A stretch of DNA of 64,000 nucleotides from Patescibacteria group bacterium (GTDB lineage: Bacteria; Patescibacteriota; Minisyncoccia; Phycocordibacterales; PALSA-1337). The translations under genes were made by a program, and so were the position numbers. Location of the stretch: assembly GCA_040388415.1 (NCBI GenBank), contig JAZKBV010000001.1, forward strand, positions 138,369 to 202,368. The letters are read 5' to 3'. A model generated the notes under the pieces. That model saw nothing but the letters and a program-made list of their open reading frames with translations. It made no database searches and had not been told where the DNA came from. Positions 35,181 to 43,705 of the stretch are shown here, piece by piece. Numbering within the stretch: the stretch's first letter is position 1; each line of letters begins with the position of its first letter.

Positions 35181-38100
35181 ATGATTATCCCCATGAATAA
35201 AGACGCGAAATACGATCCGGCCAAGATAGAAAAGAAATGGCAGAAGAAGTGGACCAAGGATAAGCTCTATCAGTCAAAAGAAGACCCAAAGAAAGAAAAA
35301 TTCTTTGTGCTCGACATGTTTCCATATCCGTCTGGTGAAGGACTGCACGTCGGCCACCCAAAGGGTTATATCGCCACCGATATCATCTCTCGTTTTCAGC
35401 GCATGCACGGCAAGTCTGTCTTGCACCCGATGGGCTTTGATGCCTTCGGTTTGCCTGCTGAGAACTATGCCATCAAGATGAAAAAGAATCCGATGGATTT
35501 GACTGAGGTGAATGTGAATAGGTTTAAAGAACAATTAGAGATCATTGGTCTTGACTATGATTGGTCACGTGAGGTCAATACAACTGATCCTGCATATTAC
35601 ACGTGGACGCAGTGGATCTTTTTGCAGTTGTATAAAAAAGGTTTGGCATACGAATCATTTGAGCCGATCAACTGGTGTCCTGTCGACAAGACCGGTTTGG
35701 CAAACGAGGATGTCGTCGATGGTCGTTGTGAACGTTGTGGAACGCTCGTGGAGAAGAGGCCGATGCGCCAGTGGGTCCTCAAGATTACTGATTATGCAGA
35801 TCGATTGTTGCAGGACTTGGATATGGTACGTGCGCCAGTGTTTACCAACACTGTTGGTTCAGATGCATTTCGTAAAGATATGCCAGTGAGCGAGCGTCAC
35901 GTTGTTCACTGTCTCATCAAGCATTGGAGCGAAGACAAATATTTGTGCATGAAGTGGAAGAAAAATGATTGGCGTGGTTTTGTCATCGGTGGTATCGAAG
36001 ATGGTGAGTCTGCCGAGACGACTGCTATCCGCGAAGTGATGGAAGAGACTGGGTATAAAAATGTTGTTTTCAAGAAAATCGTCGGCACGATGACTGCAGA
36101 GTTCTATCAGCAGATCAAAAAGGAAAATCGCCGTGCGTTCATTACAACTGTATATCTTGAACTTCAGAATGGCGAGCAAAGTGACGTGCCTCAACATGAA
36201 AAAGATATTCAAGATATGGAATGGGTGCCTGCTGCTCAGGTCCGTGATTTTGTGAACAGAGATGATCTCAAATATGAATGGGATGTCTTTACGGGTGCAG
36301 TAAAGCAGGCCCCGTTATTGGATTGGCCCGCATCTATCAAAGAAGCTCAGCGAAATTGGATCGGCAAATCAGAGGGTGCAGAAATAGAATTTACATTGAA
36401 GTTGGCAAATAATAAGCCTCGCTTTGTGCTGATTCATGGATATAAAGAAAGTCCACAAGAGGGATATCTCCCTTGGCTCAAAAAAGAACTCGAGAAGCGT
36501 GGTCATGAAGTGCAGGTTCCTGAATTGCCAAATCCTGCGAATCCAAAAGAGTCTGAGCAAGTAGACTATGTCATCAATAACTGCACTATCGATGAGAATA
36601 CGGTCATCGTTGCACATAGTCTCGGCGGTGTAGTTGCTCAAAAAGTTATTATGAAATTGAACAAGCAGATTTCAGGACTTGTTCTCGTTGGCAACGCAAT
36701 CACCCCAGGTTTTTCAAAAGATACAAAGTCGCGTCCATTCCACAAAAACTTCACCTGGGATTTTGACTATGCGCGCATCAACAAGCTCGCACAAGGAAGA
36801 GTCGCAGTTCTCTCTGATACAAAAGAGATTCATCGCAGTGCTTTTTTGAAAGATCTAGCGACAAAATTGTCAGCAGCTTTCATTGAAGTAGATGCAGTCA
36901 AAGAGCACTTCAATGGTTCAGAGGAGCCTGCAGTTTTGAAGTGTGTCACGCCGACAGTCAGTGTGTTCACCACACGTCCCGATACGATCTTTGGTGTTAC
37001 GTACATCGTCCTTGCTCCTGAACATCCATGGGTAAGTGAATTATTGCCACAGTTGGAGAATGGATCAGAAGTCGAAGCATACGTTGCGCAAGCTAAGCTT
37101 GCCACCGAGATCGAGCGCACTGATGCAAAGAAGGAAAAGACTGGTGTTGAGCTCAAGGGTATCAAGGCAACCAATCCAGCCAATGGCGAAGAAGTACCCG
37201 TATGGATCGCTGACTATGTTCTCGCAGACTACGGTACTGGCGTTGTCATGGCTGTGCCTGCGCATGATGAAAGAGACTTTGCTTTTGCAAAGAAGTTTGG
37301 GTTGGGAGTGAAGCAAGTTGTTGCTCCGCTTATTACTCGTACAGGCGATGAAGATGCATGGAGAGCACATGAACCAGAAGCTAAAAGACCGACTGTTGTG
37401 TGTATTGTTAAACATTGGTCAGATGATAAGTATCTTTTTATAAAGAAAAAAATTCTTGATAAAGCGGTTGTTGCGATTGCTGGCGGTATCGACGGGGAGG
37501 ACACTGTTCAGGCGGGTCAACGTGAGATTCGTGAAGAATCTGGGTATCTCAATACAAAGTTTGTGAGAGATTTGGGCACCCCCGTTTATTATCGATTTTA
37601 TTCAATTACCGGCAAACAGAATCGCATCTCTGAATTGAGGCCGCTTTATTTTGAATTGGTTGATGGTGAAAGAGAAGAGATGTCGGAAAATGAGAAGCAA
37701 CAGCATGAAGAACTATGGCTTTCAAAAGAGGAAATTGATCAATATCTGAAAGGAAGACTATTCAATCCTATTTTTTGGAATCGTCTCAATAATTCTCAGG
37801 AGGCATTTACTGAAGCTGGTATTGTCATCAATTCAGGAAAATTTGACGGTAAAGCATCTGATTCAGTCAAAAAAGACATCACCCTCTCAGTCGGCGGACA
37901 ATGGGTTTCAAAATATAAACTGCGCGACTGGGTTTTCTCACGCCAGCGCTATTGGGGAGAACCAATACCGCTCATTCATTGTAAGAAGTGCGGGGTAGTT
38001 GCTGTACCTGAAAAAGATCTGCCGGTGAAGCTACCAAAGGTGAAGTCATATGAGCCAACAGGCACGGGCGAATCTCCGCTCGCTGATATCCATAAATGGG

Positions 38101-39095
38101 TCAATGTGAAATGTCCAAAGTGTAAGTCGCCTGCAAAGCGCGAGACGAACACTATGCCTCAGTGGGCAGGTTCATCATGGTACTACCTCCGTTACATGGA
38201 TCCAAAGAACAAGAATACTCTCGTCGATCCAAAGAAAGAAAAATATTGGGCACCAGTTGACATGTATGTCGGCGGTGCAGAGCATGCCACTCGCCATCTC
38301 ATCTATGCACGCTTCTGGCATAAGTTCTTGTATGACATCGGCACGGTCTCTACCACTGAGCCATTCATCAAGCTCCAGCATGTCGGTCTCATCATGGGTG
38401 AAGATGGTCGCAAGATGTCCAAGCGCTTTGGTAACGTCGTCAATCCCGATGATATCGTCAAAGCATATGGTGCCGATACGCTCCGTCTCTATGAGATGTT
38501 CATGGGTCCTTTTGATCAGCAGATAGCATGGAGCACATCGAGCATGGTTGGTCCAAGGAGATTTATCGAGAAGGTGTGGCGCCTCAGAGAAAAAGTTATT
38601 GATTTGAAAATGAAGAGTGCAAGTTCGTCACCAGAAGCTGATCGCGTTCTCCATAAAACGATAAAAAAAGTGACGGTAGATATCAATGCGCTTTCATTCA
38701 ACACCGCAGTAAGCACGCTCATGATCTCCGTCAACGAACTTGAGAAAGCCACGTCGCTCACTCGTGACCAATTCGAGATTTTACTGAAATTGCTTGCACC
38801 GTTTGCGCCTCATGTCGCTGAAGAGCTCTGGTATTCAGTTGGCAACAAAACATCAGTTCATATATCTAGTTGGCCTGTCTATAATGAAGCGTTGGTAGTT
38901 GATTCAGAAGTACAGATCATCGTTCAAGTAAATGGTAAAGTGCGTGCATCCTTCAAGGCTGAAACGGGCTCAACTGAAGCTCAATTGGAGGCACATGCAA
39001 AAGAAATCCCTGAAGTAAAAAAGTGGATTGAAGGGAAGGGGATAAAGAAAGTTATCGTGGTAAAAGGAAAGCTCGTCAGCATCGTGGTCGCCTAA
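35181..39095 (+). CDS. leuS: leucine--tRNA ligase with three inserted domains (2x Nudix, 1x Ser-hydrolase)
   Basis: HIGH 'PYPSGEGLHVGHP', ZN-1 'GRCERCGT', CP1 'VFTTRPDT' ... 'GTGVVMAVPAHDERDF', 'KLRDWVFSRQRYWGEPIP', and KMSKS 'KMSKRFGN'. Insert 1 (aa ~215-378) carries a Nudix box 'GGIEDGESAETTAIREVMEETGY'. Insert 2 (aa ~405-590) reads 'FVLIHGY...LPWLKKEL...VIVAHSLGGVVA...VLSDTKE', the RBBP9/YdeN Ser-hydrolase pattern. Insert 3 (aa ~725-870) carries a Nudix box 'GGIDGEDTVQAGQREIREESGY'. Confidence 0.9.
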   Translation: MIIPMNKDAKYDPAKIEKKWQKKWTKDKLYQSKEDPKKEKFFVLDMFPYPSGEGLHVGHPKGYIATDIISRFQRMHGKSVLHPMGFDAFGLPAENYAIKMKKNPMDLTEVNVNRFKEQLEIIGLDYDWSREVNTTDPAYYTWTQWIFLQLYKKGLAYESFEPINWCPVDKTGLANEDVVDGRCERCGTLVEKRPMRQWVLKITDYADRLLQDLDMVRAPVFTNTVGSDAFRKDMPVSERHVVHCLIKHWSEDKYLCMKWKKNDWRGFVIGGIEDGESAETTAIREVMEETGYKNVVFKKIVGTMTAEFYQQIKKENRRAFITTVYLELQNGEQSDVPQHEKDIQDMEWVPAAQVRDFVNRDDLKYEWDVFTGAVKQAPLLDWPASIKEAQRNWIGKSEGAEIEFTLKLANNKPRFVLIHGYKESPQEGYLPWLKKELEKRGHEVQVPELPNPANPKESEQVDYVINNCTIDENTVIVAHSLGGVVAQKVIMKLNKQISGLVLVGNAITPGFSKDTKSRPFHKNFTWDFDYARINKLAQGRVAVLSDTKEIHRSAFLKDLATKLSAAFIEVDAVKEHFNGSEEPAVLKCVTPTVSVFTTRPDTIFGVTYIVLAPEHPWVSELLPQLENGSEVEAYVAQAKLATEIERTDAKKEKTGVELKGIKATNPANGEEVPVWIADYVLADYGTGVVMAVPAHDERDFAFAKKFGLGVKQVVAPLITRTGDEDAWRAHEPEAKRPTVVCIVKHWSDDKYLFIKKKILDKAVVAIAGGIDGEDTVQAGQREIREESGYLNTKFVRDLGTPVYYRFYSITGKQNRISELRPLYFELVDGEREEMSENEKQQHEELWLSKEEIDQYLKGRLFNPIFWNRLNNSQEAFTEAGIVINSGKFDGKASDSVKKDITLSVGGQWVSKYKLRDWVFSRQRYWGEPIPLIHCKKCGVVAVPEKDLPVKLPKVKSYEPTGTGESPLADIHKWVNVKCPKCKSPAKRETNTMPQWAGSSWYYLRYMDPKNKNTLVDPKKEKYWAPVDMYVGGAEHATRHLIYARFWHKFLYDIGTVSTTEPFIKLQHVGLIMGEDGRKMSKRFGNVVNPDDIVKAYGADTLRLYEMFMGPFDQQIAWSTSSMVGPRRFIEKVWRLREKVIDLKMKSASSSPEADRVLHKTIKKVTVDINALSFNTAVSTLMISVNELEKATSLTRDQFEILLKLLAPFAPHVAEELWYSVGNKTSVHISSWPVYNEALVVDSEVQIIVQVNGKVRASFKAETGSTEAQLEAHAKEIPEVKKWIEGKGIKKVIVVKGKLVSIVVA

Positions 39096-39200
39096 ATTAG
39101 ACCACGTCAAGCTACTCATTACACCACATTCCTTGACTTATTTGCCCAGAGGTGATAAAACTAATCCATTAAATAAAACAATATTATATAGTCTATTATC

Positions 39201-40238
39201 ATGGCAACGCCACACATATCATTCAAGCCAAAAGTGATCGTCAAAAAGCTCCTTACGTCGCTTCCCGACCGCGCGCGTGAAGTACTCATGTACCGCTATG
39301 GTCTCGGCAAGGACGAGAAGCGTTTGACTCTCGACGCTATCGGCAAGAAGTATGGCATTACCCGTGAGCGCGTACGCCAGATAGAGAACTACGGTATCGC
39401 CAATATCCGCAAGTCAGAAGAGTACAAGCAGGAAAAGGCAGTTTTCATTGAAGTTGAGAATCTCCTCCACTCACTCGGTGGTATCGTTGTTGAAGATGAT
39501 TTCCTCGGTCATATCTCAAAAGACATCAGTCTTCAGAACCACATGTACTTCCTCCTCGTCGTTGGTGAGCCTTTTAAGAAAATAAAAGAAGATGATGATT
39601 TCCGTCATCGTTGGCATGTCAATGAAGAGCTTGCAAAGAAAGTTGAAGAAGCTCTCCGCAAGCTCTATGGTAACTTGAACAATCAAGATCTCCTCCCTGA
39701 GTCAGAGATGGTCAACAAGTTCCTCCAGCATCTCGAAGATGTTTCAGAGAAGTACAAGAACCAAGAAGTCGTCCGTCGCTGGTTGCAGCTCTCAAAGGCT
39801 ATCGGCAAGAACGCGCTTGGCGATTGGGGTATTTCACAGTCTGCCAATATCAAGACAAAGGGTGTTCGCGACTACGCATTCCTCGTCATTCGCAAGCATG
39901 GTTCACCTATCCATTTCCGCGACGTTGCAAAGCAGATCACCGTTATGTTCAACAAGAAGGCTCATGTCGCTACGACTCACAATGAGTTGATCAAAGATAA
40001 GCGTTTCGTCCTCGTCGGTCGCGGTCTCTATGCTCTCGCAGAATGGGGATATGTCCCTGGTGTCGTCCGTGACGTCATCAAGACCGTCCTTGCAAAGAAT
40101 GGTCCAATGACAAAGGAAGAGATCATCGACAAGGTTATGAAGGAACGTTACGTCAAAGAGAACACGATCCTCGTCAACCTCCAGAATCCAAAGTATTTCA
40201 AGAGAGATAAAGACGGCAAGTATACGCCAGCAGCATAG
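39201..40238 (+). CDS. sigma-70 region-4-like HTH protein with C-terminal HARE-HTH-like winged helix
   Basis: N-terminal 'LTLDAIGKKYGITRERVRQIENYGIANIRK' matches the sigma70 r4.2 pattern. C-terminal 'FVLVGRGLYALAEWGY' resembles the HARE-HTH signature. The middle region is unknown. Confidence 0.55.
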   Translation: MATPHISFKPKVIVKKLLTSLPDRAREVLMYRYGLGKDEKRLTLDAIGKKYGITRERVRQIENYGIANIRKSEEYKQEKAVFIEVENLLHSLGGIVVEDDFLGHISKDISLQNHMYFLLVVGEPFKKIKEDDDFRHRWHVNEELAKKVEEALRKLYGNLNNQDLLPESEMVNKFLQHLEDVSEKYKNQEVVRRWLQLSKAIGKNALGDWGISQSANIKTKGVRDYAFLVIRKHGSPIHFRDVAKQITVMFNKKAHVATTHNELIKDKRFVLVGRGLYALAEWGYVPGVVRDVIKTVLAKNGPMTKEEIIDKVMKERYVKENTILVNLQNPKYFKRDKDGKYTPAA

Positions 40239-40263
40239 GTTAGTACGAATATCGAATAAGATC

Positions 40264-40319
40264 AAAAAGAACAGGAGCGGTACGAATGCAGAAGCATTCT
40301 CACCGCTCCTGTTCTTTTT
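40264..40319 (+). terminator. long nested hairpin / terminator
   Basis: 'AAAAAGAACAGGAGCGGTacGAATGCagaaGCATTCtcACCGCTCCTGTTCTTTTT': an 18-bp outer stem with a perfect 6-bp inner hairpin. An ACGAAT unit sits in the loop. Confidence 0.7.
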
Positions 40320-40372
40320 GGCGCCACTCAAATTAACTTTCATAAATCCTCGCTTGGCGCTATAATATTCGC

Positions 40373-41647
40373 ATGTTCCAGTCGCTCATCACGCAACTTC
40401 AAACAGGCATCCTCCCGCAAGTCATCCAGTACACGATCTATCTGTCGCCGGTGCTTCTCGCTATCCTCCTCGGGCATATTTTTTGGCCACTCTGGCTTCG
40501 TTATGTTCGCGCAAAGTTTTCATATGGTCTCAAGTACACACTTCTTGAATTAAAATTGCCAAAAGACGTCTTCAAGTCGCCGCTGGCTATGGAAGTGGTT
40601 TTACAAGTCATCCACAATCCTGCAAATGGAAGTCCGTATGCGCAATACTGGAAAGGCGAGTACCGTCCGTTCTATTCGCTTGAGATTGTCTCGATTGAAG
40701 GGCAGATCAAATTTTACATTTGGACCGAGGACCGTCGCAAAGCCGGCATCATGTCAGGTCTATACTCGCAGTATCCCGGCATAGAGATCACCGAAGCTTC
40801 TGACTATGCTCAGGCGACTCATTTTGATCCTGAAACGATGAAGCTCTGGGCAGCTGATTATAAATTCGTTAAAGATGCAAGCAAAGGCGAACACTATCCA
40901 CTGCGCACCTATGTTGATTATGGTCTGCTCGATGACCCAAAGGAGGAATTGAAAGTCGATCCGCTGGTGCCTATTTTGGAATTTTTGGGCAGTGTTGGAC
41001 CAAACCAACAGATATGGATCCAGTACATCGTGCAGGCGCATATCAAAAATGATCCCAAACCCGGCCATTTGTTCAAGAAAACAGATCTCTGGCGCGATGA
41101 ATCGATCAAGCTCGTGGACAAGCTTATGATGCGTGACCCAAAAACAAAAGTTGCGGGTATGAAAGATGAGGCGACTGGTTTTACCAAATTGCCGTCACTT
41201 TCGAAGGGTGAGACCGACATCGTCACGGCGATCGAGAGACGTATGTCAAAACAAACATTCGATGTGGGTATGAGAGTAGTGTATGTAGCTCAAAAAGATT
41301 CTTTCAATACGGTATTTGGCCAAGGCGGCATTATTGGCATGGTCAAGCACTTTAGCTCAGAGCATATGAATGGTCTCAAGCATGACGGCGATACCTGGAT
41401 CGCTCAGTTTGGCGGCGTACCGTGGGAAGACTACAACAACACTCGCCGCAACTACTATTCAAAAGCAGCTCTCAAGGCATACCGCCGCAGATCGTTCTTT
41501 TATCCGCCCTATCAGGGCACGCCAATGGTTATGAATACCGAGGAGTTGGCGACGCTGTATCATCTTCCTGGCGCTGTCGCTGGCACGCCTACGCTCGCTC
41601 GTGTACCTTCAAAGAAGGGTGAGGCTCCTACGAATCTTCCTATTTAA
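40373..41647 (+). CDS. hypothetical membrane-anchored protein (424 aa)
   Basis: N-terminal TM 'IYLSPVLLAILLGHIFWPLWL'. No family recognised. Confidence 0.5.
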   Translation: MFQSLITQLQTGILPQVIQYTIYLSPVLLAILLGHIFWPLWLRYVRAKFSYGLKYTLLELKLPKDVFKSPLAMEVVLQVIHNPANGSPYAQYWKGEYRPFYSLEIVSIEGQIKFYIWTEDRRKAGIMSGLYSQYPGIEITEASDYAQATHFDPETMKLWAADYKFVKDASKGEHYPLRTYVDYGLLDDPKEELKVDPLVPILEFLGSVGPNQQIWIQYIVQAHIKNDPKPGHLFKKTDLWRDESIKLVDKLMMRDPKTKVAGMKDEATGFTKLPSLSKGETDIVTAIERRMSKQTFDVGMRVVYVAQKDSFNTVFGQGGIIGMVKHFSSEHMNGLKHDGDTWIAQFGGVPWEDYNNTRRNYYSKAALKAYRRRSFFYPPYQGTPMVMNTEELATLYHLPGAVAGTPTLARVPSKKGEAPTNLPI

Positions 41648-41649
41648 TA

Positions 41650-42702
41650 ATGCCGCCATTTCCTCCTGACCGCCAACCTGTTTCTGAAATGAAGGTATAT
41701 CAACCATTGAATATCAAGCAATTTCCGCCTGCGCGAAAAAAGAGATATTTCGTCAGATTCAGTATTGTTCTGTTGATCGCGCTGCTTGCAGTGACAGCTT
41801 TTGTCGTTCAGTATTCGCGTTCCCCAAATCCATTTCCATCAAATATCATCGTGACCATTCCTGCTGGCTCGACTGTATCACAAGCAGGAGATATTTTGAC
41901 TCATGCAGGCATTGTACGATCAAGTTTTGCATACAAAGTCTATGCTGTGCTCATCCATGATGGCGCTGGCATACAAGCGGGGCAGTATCTTTTCGATCAG
42001 CCACAGTCAGTGGTACGTGTGGCGTATAGAACTGCATATGGCATAGAAGGATTGACTAAAATCAAAGTCACTATACCTGAAGGTTCAAACTCAAAAGACC
42101 TTACAAGCATCATCGGCAAGGCGGTGCCGCTTATTGATAGGAAATCATTGCTGAGCATGGCAAAGGCCGAAGAGGGATATCTTTTTCCTGATACCTATTT
42201 CTTTTATCAAAATACTGTTCCTGAGCAGGTCATAACTGCGATGAAATTAAACTTCAGCGCCCAGCTGCAATATATAGCTCCGACTATGCAGGCATATATA
42301 AAGAAAAATCATGTCACCACTGACGGCGTAGTCACGATGGCGTCTATTGTGGAGAAGGAGGCAACATCGACCATTGATCGCCAGATCATCGCCGGTATTC
42401 TTTGGAAGCGCCTAGCTGATAAATATCCGCTTCAAGTTGATCCGCCATTTTTCTATATTCTCGGTAAAGATTCTTCACAGCTCACTACGGCTGACCTTGC
42501 GACTGATTCTCCGTATAATTTGTATAAGAATAAAGGTCTGCCGCCAACGCCGATAGATAATCCAGGGCTTGATGCGCTCTTCGCGACTGTGTCTCCGACT
42601 GCCACAAAGTACTGGTACTATCTCTCAGATAAAAAAGGGAATATGCACTACGCGGTGACCTATGAGCAACATCTTGCAAATAAGGCGAAGTATGTCGATT
42701 AA
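41650..42702 (+). CDS. mltG: endolytic murein transglycosylase MltG (YceG-like)
   Basis: N-terminal TM, a LysM-like/YceG domain, and the conserved 'GLPPTPIDNPGLDAL' block. Confidence 0.85.
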   Translation: MPPFPPDRQPVSEMKVYQPLNIKQFPPARKKRYFVRFSIVLLIALLAVTAFVVQYSRSPNPFPSNIIVTIPAGSTVSQAGDILTHAGIVRSSFAYKVYAVLIHDGAGIQAGQYLFDQPQSVVRVAYRTAYGIEGLTKIKVTIPEGSNSKDLTSIIGKAVPLIDRKSLLSMAKAEEGYLFPDTYFFYQNTVPEQVITAMKLNFSAQLQYIAPTMQAYIKKNHVTTDGVVTMASIVEKEATSTIDRQIIAGILWKRLADKYPLQVDPPFFYILGKDSSQLTTADLATDSPYNLYKNKGLPPTPIDNPGLDALFATVSPTATKYWYYLSDKKGNMHYAVTYEQHLANKAKYVD

Positions 42703-42716
42703 CACATGTAATAAAA

Positions 42717-42745
42717 AAGCCGCGAGGTAAGTCGCGGCTTTGGTG
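42717..42745. terminator. bidirectional intrinsic terminator
   Basis: 'aaaaAAGCCGCGAggtaagTCGCGGCTTtggtg'. Confidence 0.75.
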
Positions 42746-42759
42746 TGAACAGTTCAGGG

Positions 42760-43149
42760 TCATTTTTTCTTGATAAGCTTGAGCTCCTCAAGCCTTGATA
42801 TCAGGCTTTGCTCTGATTTATAGATCACTCCAGTCGCACCGAACTCCAGCGCCTGTTCAGCGACCGCTCGAGAAGGCTCCGAACAGTGCAGAACTATTTT
42901 TGTATGCGCCAGAACACCTTTGCATCGAAGGAGGTCGATCAAGTCGAGCCCTTCGTTGGCGTGGGGCATATTGAGATCAGTGATGATGAGGTCAAAGGGA
43001 CTGCCTTTGGCCGCTGCTCTGAGACTGGTAAATTGAGCCCCTTCCAGACCTGCAGCTTCTTCGATCTCAAACTCGGGACAGTATGCCCGTAGCACGCGTT
43101 GGCTTGCTTTGCGAAAATCAGCATCGTCATCGACAATAAGTATTTTCAT
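42760..43149 (-). CDS. single-domain response regulator (CheY-like receiver)
   Basis: 'MKILIVDDDADFRK...DLIITDLNMPHANEGLDLIDLL...KIVLHCSEPS'. The start was moved to MKIL, whose ATG forms an ATGA overlap with the upstream stop. Confidence 0.8.
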   Translation of the reverse strand: MKILIVDDDADFRKASQRVLRAYCPEFEIEEAAGLEGAQFTSLRAAAKGSPFDLIITDLNMPHANEGLDLIDLLRCKGVLAHTKIVLHCSEPSRAVAEQALEFGATGVIYKSEQSLISRLEELKLIKKK

Positions 43150-43622
43150 TGGTTTCCTTTTTGTTGTGGTCCTCCTGTAAAAGGATAATAGACCGATATG
43201 TTTTTCGTTCCTTCTTTCGTGATGTTCACTTCGAGCAAGCCAGTAAAGATGGTCGGCGTGCTTGAACGAACAGTTTGTCCGGGAAAGCTCGTGTGGCGTG
43301 GCAGCGTGATGGGAATCCATCTGCCGTCAACTTCGACAGTCGAGAGCTGGTGGCGTGCCACATCTTTGCCAGTAATGTTGACCTGCATGACGACGGTCAT
43401 CAGATCATCGTGGTATCCGTCAGCGGATCCAAATGACCAGACATCGTAATATTGGTATATGCCGACTGGAAGGTCTTCATAGCCGTGGATGCGTTGATGA
43501 GTGAAGGTGCCCGCATGTTTAGGAGCAATATTCTCGCTGCGAACATTGTAGAAAATTGCCAGACCAAGAATGAGGCCAATAGATCCCAAGATAGATACAA
43601 GCGTTCGATAGTTCATAATCAA
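43146..43622 (-). CDS. hypothetical membrane-anchored extracytoplasmic protein
   Basis: N-terminal TM 'LVSILGSIGLILGLAIFY'. Translationally coupled (ATGA) to the response regulator. Confidence 0.5.
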   Translation of the reverse strand: MIMNYRTLVSILGSIGLILGLAIFYNVRSENIAPKHAGTFTHQRIHGYEDLPVGIYQYYDVWSFGSADGYHDDLMTVVMQVNITGKDVARHQLSTVEVDGRWIPITLPRHTSFPGQTVRSSTPTIFTGLLEVNITKEGTKNISVYYPFTGGPQQKGNQ

Positions 43623-43705
43623 TTTTATTTCAAGGAGTGATGAGCAAATGCTGATAAACAGCCGTAAATTTGCTCGAAGTTCTGTGATACAGTATAATCG
43701 AATTC

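Noticed and set aside
35823-37791. Inteins as explanation for the LeuRS size
   Set aside because: The inserted blocks have no Cys/Ser N-terminal splice residue and no His-Asn C-terminal junction. Instead they carry Nudix-box and alpha/beta-hydrolase signatures.
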